A stretch of DNA of 64,000 bases from a bacterium (GTDB lineage: Bacteria; Patescibacteriota; Minisyncoccia; Portnoybacterales; GWB1-42-6). The position numbers were made by a program, and so were the translations under genes. Shown here piece by piece: positions 59,748 through 64,000 of this stretch (position 1 is its first letter; each line of letters starts with the position of its first letter). Location of the stretch: assembly GCA_043800535.1 (NCBI GenBank), contig JAZDMV010000002.1:11378-75377 (forward strand). Direction: 5' to 3'. The notes under the pieces were generated by a model that saw nothing but the letters and a program-made list of their open reading frames with translations, searched no databases and had not been told where the DNA came from.

Positions 59748-62024
59748 TCATTCCTTCGGTTTGCCTGTTATTTCGAACACCTGCTGCCAAGTTAAATAAG
59801 TTTCTTTGGCCACTGTCACAATTAATTTGCCCGTGCCGCCAAATGGCTTAAAATTGGCCGATCCTTTTTTGTTAGTGCCCAGCTTCTGGTTTGTTATTCC
59901 GCTTAACGCCACCTGCGCTCCTGGCAGAAATCCGCTGGTTTCAGCGTCCCTGACAACAACTTTAACGGTTTTTTTCTGTTTTCCAGTAATTGAAACCGTT
60001 ACGTCAAGCCTGTACGCTTCGATCGCTACCGCCAAAACAGCTGACCAATCAGACATAACTTGGTTATGAACAAAGCACCGCGCCCGGACTTTAATATCAT
60101 AGATACTCTCCATGCTCCATTTTTTTGAAGCCTTCAGTGCGCCAGCCGGCAGCCAACCCGAATCTGTACCGTCACCCCAATCAAAAAGATACTGCACGCC
60201 ATGGCCTAATGAACAGATGGAACCGGGGCTGTTGACAGAAAAAACATAATTCTTTCCGACATAACCGCTGGCCGGGCCAGCAATTGAAGCCGGAGAAGAA
60301 ACCGACTCGTTCCAGATATGCCAAACACGGCTTCTTGTCAGATGGCCGCCTTCCATTGAAGGATGGACGAACGGCGTTCTGTCTTTAACCTGCAATTCAA
60401 CTTTTCTGTCTGTGCCGCTGGCCACCGTAACAAAAAAAGAATCAGAGCTGACACCCGCTATTGGCACGCCGTCCACAATCCAGACAATTTCAAGCGGCAG
60501 ATTGCTGATCGGTTCCAATAAATGAACTTTAAAATCTATTGTCTGCGTTTGCGTTCCGGGAATAAAAATGTCTCCTGGCAACGGCTCTTCGCTTCCCGGT
60601 TCTATCAAGTCAATCCCGTTTTCCGGAATGCCGCCCCAGCCAGAAAAAAGCGTCAAAATAAGTTCCTGCCGGCATACGGGACAAAATCCTTGACCATCCC
60701 GCATCATGCAGTGGTTGTACGGCCTGAACATCTTTTCCTTAACATGCCCTGCCCCCTCAAATAGCCCGACTTTGTCATTAAACTTTTCTTCGGGCGGAGT
60801 CGGAATTGGCGTATCGGGCAAGATCCAATAATTCCATTTTATTTTTGCCCTATCTGTTTCTGACGTAATATTTGGCCCGCAATTTCCCAGCTCTTCGCTG
60901 CACATAAAGCAGTTTTCAGTACAGTCATAGTCATATTCGTCCCGTAGCGCGGACTCCCCGGGCCTGGAAAATGAATGACCAAACACATGGGTAGTATTGG
61001 TAATCATTGGTGGAGCAGTTGACGTAACAACCATCATGCCGCCACTAACGCCAATAATGTCGTCGTTAACAATAACGACAATGGCGTCCCAGTCGGGCAC
61101 AGCCGCAGCCGCCGCGAAAACCTTATCAAAGTCAACCACTAATTCGCGGTGTGCACTGCCGCCACTGCAATAACGTGCGTTAAAAGCGGTGTCAACAAAT
61201 GTCCCGGCTTTTTTGTCATATTGAGCCTGGGGGTCGCTACAACAGAAAAGATCATCCGCCTGACAGTCAGGCCGAAAAACTGGATGATCCGCTCCTGACT
61301 GGTTTGACGGGATAAAGAGGCCGCCTGCGTTCATTGCCTGCTTATATTCTTTAAACGGACTTATGGCCAAAAAGCCATAGATGAGCTTTCCGGCATCGGC
61401 AAAAAATTTATCTTTTTCGGTCGCCTGATAGCCTTCCGAAATTACCAAAAGATCAAGTCTGTTGTTAGGATTGCCGTTTGCCAGAATCGGCCTGACAGCT
61501 GTTTCCTGGGATTCAGCCAAAATCAGCTGATTTTGCGCCAATTCCTGCAGATCAAAAACATATTCCCGGCTGCTCTCTGCATTTTCTCCGCCTGCCACAA
61601 GACACAGCTTTGTTCCTTCTATCACCGGCAATCGCACTACAAAATGAATCAGCTCCTGTTCAGCCAGGTACCCAGCGATCCCGCCATTTGCCGCCTGGGA
61701 TTCTGCGTGCAGCACTTTGGGAATCTCAACTATTTTACTGTGAACGATCTGGCCTCCTGCGTCCTTAAGCTGCGCAAAAAATTGCTGTCTAAAACCGTCT
61801 GATGGTTTTAATTCGTTCTTTTCCGGAGATCTGATTCCGGCGCCCGGTGGCACCGCCATTTGCACAAAATAATGCTTGAGCGGCCTGATTGTTCCGTCAG
61901 CCATCTCAAAAACGATATAATGACTCAATTGCTTTTCGGCCTCTTTGCCGAAACTCTGAACATTTAAACCGAGAATCGCCAATAAAACAATACCCGCCAA
62001 AATCATCAATTTTGCCGTTTTCAT
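59748..62024 (-). CDS. secreted M64 (IgA-peptidase)-like protein with variant active site plus PKD domain
   Basis: Signal peptide. THVFGHSFSRPGESALRDEYDYD resembles M64 HEFGH...DEY but with E->V. C-terminal YLFDWGDGTDSGW PKD-type motif. Confidence 0.55.
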   Translation of the reverse strand: MKTAKLMILAGIVLLAILGLNVQSFGKEAEKQLSHYIVFEMADGTIRPLKHYFVQMAVPPGAGIRSPEKNELKPSDGFRQQFFAQLKDAGGQIVHSKIVEIPKVLHAESQAANGGIAGYLAEQELIHFVVRLPVIEGTKLCLVAGGENAESSREYVFDLQELAQNQLILAESQETAVRPILANGNPNNRLDLLVISEGYQATEKDKFFADAGKLIYGFLAISPFKEYKQAMNAGGLFIPSNQSGADHPVFRPDCQADDLFCCSDPQAQYDKKAGTFVDTAFNARYCSGGSAHRELVVDFDKVFAAAAAVPDWDAIVVIVNDDIIGVSGGMMVVTSTAPPMITNTTHVFGHSFSRPGESALRDEYDYDCTENCFMCSEELGNCGPNITSETDRAKIKWNYWILPDTPIPTPPEEKFNDKVGLFEGAGHVKEKMFRPYNHCMMRDGQGFCPVCRQELILTLFSGWGGIPENGIDLIEPGSEEPLPGDIFIPGTQTQTIDFKVHLLEPISNLPLEIVWIVDGVPIAGVSSDSFFVTVASGTDRKVELQVKDRTPFVHPSMEGGHLTRSRVWHIWNESVSSPASIAGPASGYVGKNYVFSVNSPGSICSLGHGVQYLFDWGDGTDSGWLPAGALKASKKWSMESIYDIKVRARCFVHNQVMSDWSAVLAVAIEAYRLDVTVSITGKQKKTVKVVVRDAETSGFLPGAQVALSGITNQKLGTNKKGSANFKPFGGTGKLIVTVAKETYLTWQQVFEITGKPKE

Positions 62025-62384
62025 CTCTGTCTCTCCTTTCTGTCTTCTATATAAAAATGTTAAAGTGCCAGCTTTTTGCCCTAAAACGCCCTATCTGTGC
62101 CCTCCTCAAAATCTGATTAAGTTATATCACAAAAAGCCACTTTTAGCAATATCTTGTTATGGTTCAATAGTTTGATGCCGCCTCGAATAAAAAGTCCATT
62201 TTGGGCAGATATTTGGCTAACTTAAATTTTCTTTGCACGTCTGTATAGTCTCTCGAATGAATTAAAAAAGGCAAAGTCCATAATTTAAAACTGCTTCTTT
62301 AAGAAGTTTACTCTCGTTATATCACCACTTATTTTTTCCACCAAAAAACCCATCAACAGATGGGGTATAAGTAGTATTTTTCAG

Positions 62385-63250
62385 GGCATTCTTAACAAGT
62401 TGGAACAAGATACAGTGAATTCTTCAAGTATTCATGCGGATTTTCAAAGATTTCAGGGTGGTTAAAATATGCCTCAAATTCTGCCACCACATTTTCCAAC
62501 TTGGAACAGGTAACGTGATGGTATTTTCTTCTGATGAAGGTTCAAAGATTTCCGAAGATACCTTCTATCTCGGAAGTCAGCCCGAACTGCCACTTGGAAT
62601 GAATGTCTCTTTGGTGAGTGACCGGCCATGCGTTTTGGATGCCTGGGTAATAGCCGGCGCCGTCCGTGAACAGCCTTGAACCCGGCTCAACGTGCCTGAC
62701 GATGAACTGCGATACATTCTGTTTTTCAATATACTTTTTATGAACCACCCGCAGAGTTATTTTCTTAGTGATTGTGTCTTTGGCCGCGATGACTGCCTTG
62801 CTTCTAAAAAAGCCTCATCCATCTGAATTGTGTCCCTTAGCGGAGAAAGCCAGTCTGGATCAGGGATATTTAGCCTAAAATCTTCAAACCATTTTCTGAT
62901 TGTGACTTCGCTTAATTCTGTAATTTTAATTGATTGGGTAATCGGCAAGTGATTTAACCAACACCACAAAAGCGTGTAGAATTGCTGCCAGGGCAGCTTC
63001 ATGTTGGTCAGCCAGGTGTTGCTGGTTAAGGAAAAGGGCCGGCGGCAATTTTTACACAGGTACCGATTCTCTGATTTGTAGACTGCCCTTGATTTGCACC
63101 GCGGACAGTGCAGGTGAGTGCCGAATAATATCTTTCTGACTAGCTTTTTAATTTTTGCTTCTGATGAAATATCTTTTAATTTATACATAGGAACAGATTT
63201 TTTAAAGATTTTCATCTTTATTGTATCATTGAATCTGTTCCAACTTATTT
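62385..63250 (-). mobile_element. degraded IS1595-family insertion sequence
   Basis: Imperfect terminal inverted repeats aagttggaacaagatacagtgaat (62389-) and attgaatctgttccaactt (-63246). Internal frameshifted transposase. Confidence 0.5.
62542..63215 (-). pseudogene. IS1595/ISXO2-like transposase, frameshifted/truncated (two ORFs 62757-63215 and 62542-62748)
   Basis: N-terminal zinc ribbon CPRCKS..CKNCRRPF. C-terminal LFTDGAGYY ... TSEIEGIFGNL (DDE D2 and E motifs). The middle section is missing. Confidence 0.6.
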
Positions 63251-63369
63251 AGTATACCCTATTTTCAAAGATTGACAGAACAATATTGGCAATGTATGAT
63301 AAAAAATCAAAGAAAATAGAAATTTTCTTTGAGGAAGCACATTAAAAATTTGAAAGGAGGTACCAAGCT

Positions 63370-63657
63370 ATGGAGAGGTCGGTAGAAGAGGTCAAGGCAC
63401 GGTGCTCAGCGATCCTTAATGATGGAAGAGTCGTTTCTTTAGTAAAGGCGAGCAGTAGTCCAACAGCCGCGTATGAGATGGTTTTTGTAGAAACAAGAGA
63501 CGTAGTAAAGGCAAAGGCAGGCAGATGGCTTGCGGTGTTGCGTCGGGATTATCCCGTCGAGTATCGCAATCTCGTTTTAACCAAATCTAGCCACGTCAGT
63601 AATGACAAGGCACAGACAGAAAAGGAGGATAGTTATGAACAGCAATCGGGAAATTGA
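63370..63657 (+). CDS. hypothetical protein
   Basis: Strong RBS gaaaggaggtaccaagctATG. 95 aa. Confidence 0.5.
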   Translation: MERSVEEVKARCSAILNDGRVVSLVKASSSPTAAYEMVFVETRDVVKAKAGRWLAVLRRDYPVEYRNLVLTKSSHVSNDKAQTEKEDSYEQQSGN

Positions 63658-64000
63658 GAAACTGAATCTAATCTGTCACGAAGTTCGTCGACGTATGTTT
63701 TCCACCATTTTTCTAGCAGGAATAGGGCATATTGGTGGATGTTCTTCTTCGGTAGAGCTAATGGTTTGTCTCTACTTCGGGGGAATTTTGAGATTTGATC
63801 CAAAAGATCCTCGTCATCCAAACAGGGATAGGGTGCTGGTCAGAGGCCATCTTTCCCCTTTGCGCTACAGTATTTTTTCCCTTCTCGGATGGATAGACCA
63901 AGAAGAACTCACCACTTATCTATCACTAGGGTCCAGACTTCAGGGGCATGAATCAATGGAGCATTTGCCTGGAGTAGATATTACTCCAAGTGGCATGTTA
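63635..64000 (+). CDS. transketolase N-terminal subunit (split-type), 3' truncated by window edge
   Basis: RBS aaaggaggatagttATG. GHIGGCSSSVELMVCLYFGGILRFDPKDPRHPNRDRVLVRGHLSP matches the transketolase TPP-binding N-terminus. Confidence 0.7.
   Translation, partial: MNSNREIEKLNLICHEVRRRMFSTIFLAGIGHIGGCSSSVELMVCLYFGGILRFDPKDPRHPNRDRVLVRGHLSPLRYSIFSLLGWIDQEELTTYLSLGSRLQGHESMEHLPGVDITPSGML

Noticed and set aside
62434-62679. 81-aa + strand ORF within the IS remnant
   Set aside because: It is antisense to the transposase C-terminal fragment and has no supporting features.

Overview
This 64-kb window looks like a small, gene-dense bacterial genome. I infer it is from the Candidate Phyla Radiation (Patescibacteria). 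The basis is gene content only: many type IV pilin-like genes, truncated housekeeping genes, missing operon partners, and a DGR. Most genes are on the minus strand. Recognisable housekeeping content:
- pentose-phosphate and glycolysis genes (fba, a PfkB kinase, tkt, rpe, rpiB);
- translation and RNA genes (trmD, a KH protein, rpsP, rnc, nusB, rpmF, rnhB, thrS, miaB, miaA, gatCAB, pheST, rplK, nusG, secE, a tRNA cluster);
- replication genes (dnaE, gyrB, ligA);
- a dTMP cluster (dCMP deaminase, thyA-like, tmk);
- a Clp-family AAA+ protein.

The most notable system is a diversity-generating retroelement (DGR) at about 31.0-33.9 kb. It has a reverse transcriptase (RT) with the YCDD box and the SQ-type motif 4, and a divergently oriented Avd-like four-helix-bundle gene. 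It also has a 120-bp template repeat (TR) and a variable repeat (VR) at the 3' end of a 320-aa target gene. TR and VR differ only at TR adenines. A C9/G9 homopolymer sits at the avd/RT junction.

A second notable region is a minus-strand pilus/adhesin locus at 48.9-62.0 kb. It holds three minor-pilin-like genes, a Gly-rich anchored protein, two tandem paralogous giant Cys-rich TSP1-like surface proteins, and an M64-like secreted protein with HVFGH in place of HExxH.

Several families of GC-rich palindromic repeat elements are scattered across the window. Several copies sit in-frame inside essential genes (miaB twice, pheT, gatB, miaA, rnhB, trmD, tkt N-terminus), reminiscent of Rickettsia palindromic elements. 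One 95-bp element sits exactly at the dnaE start with the start region duplicated. Near the 3' end of the window (62.4-63.3 kb) lies a degraded IS1595-like element.
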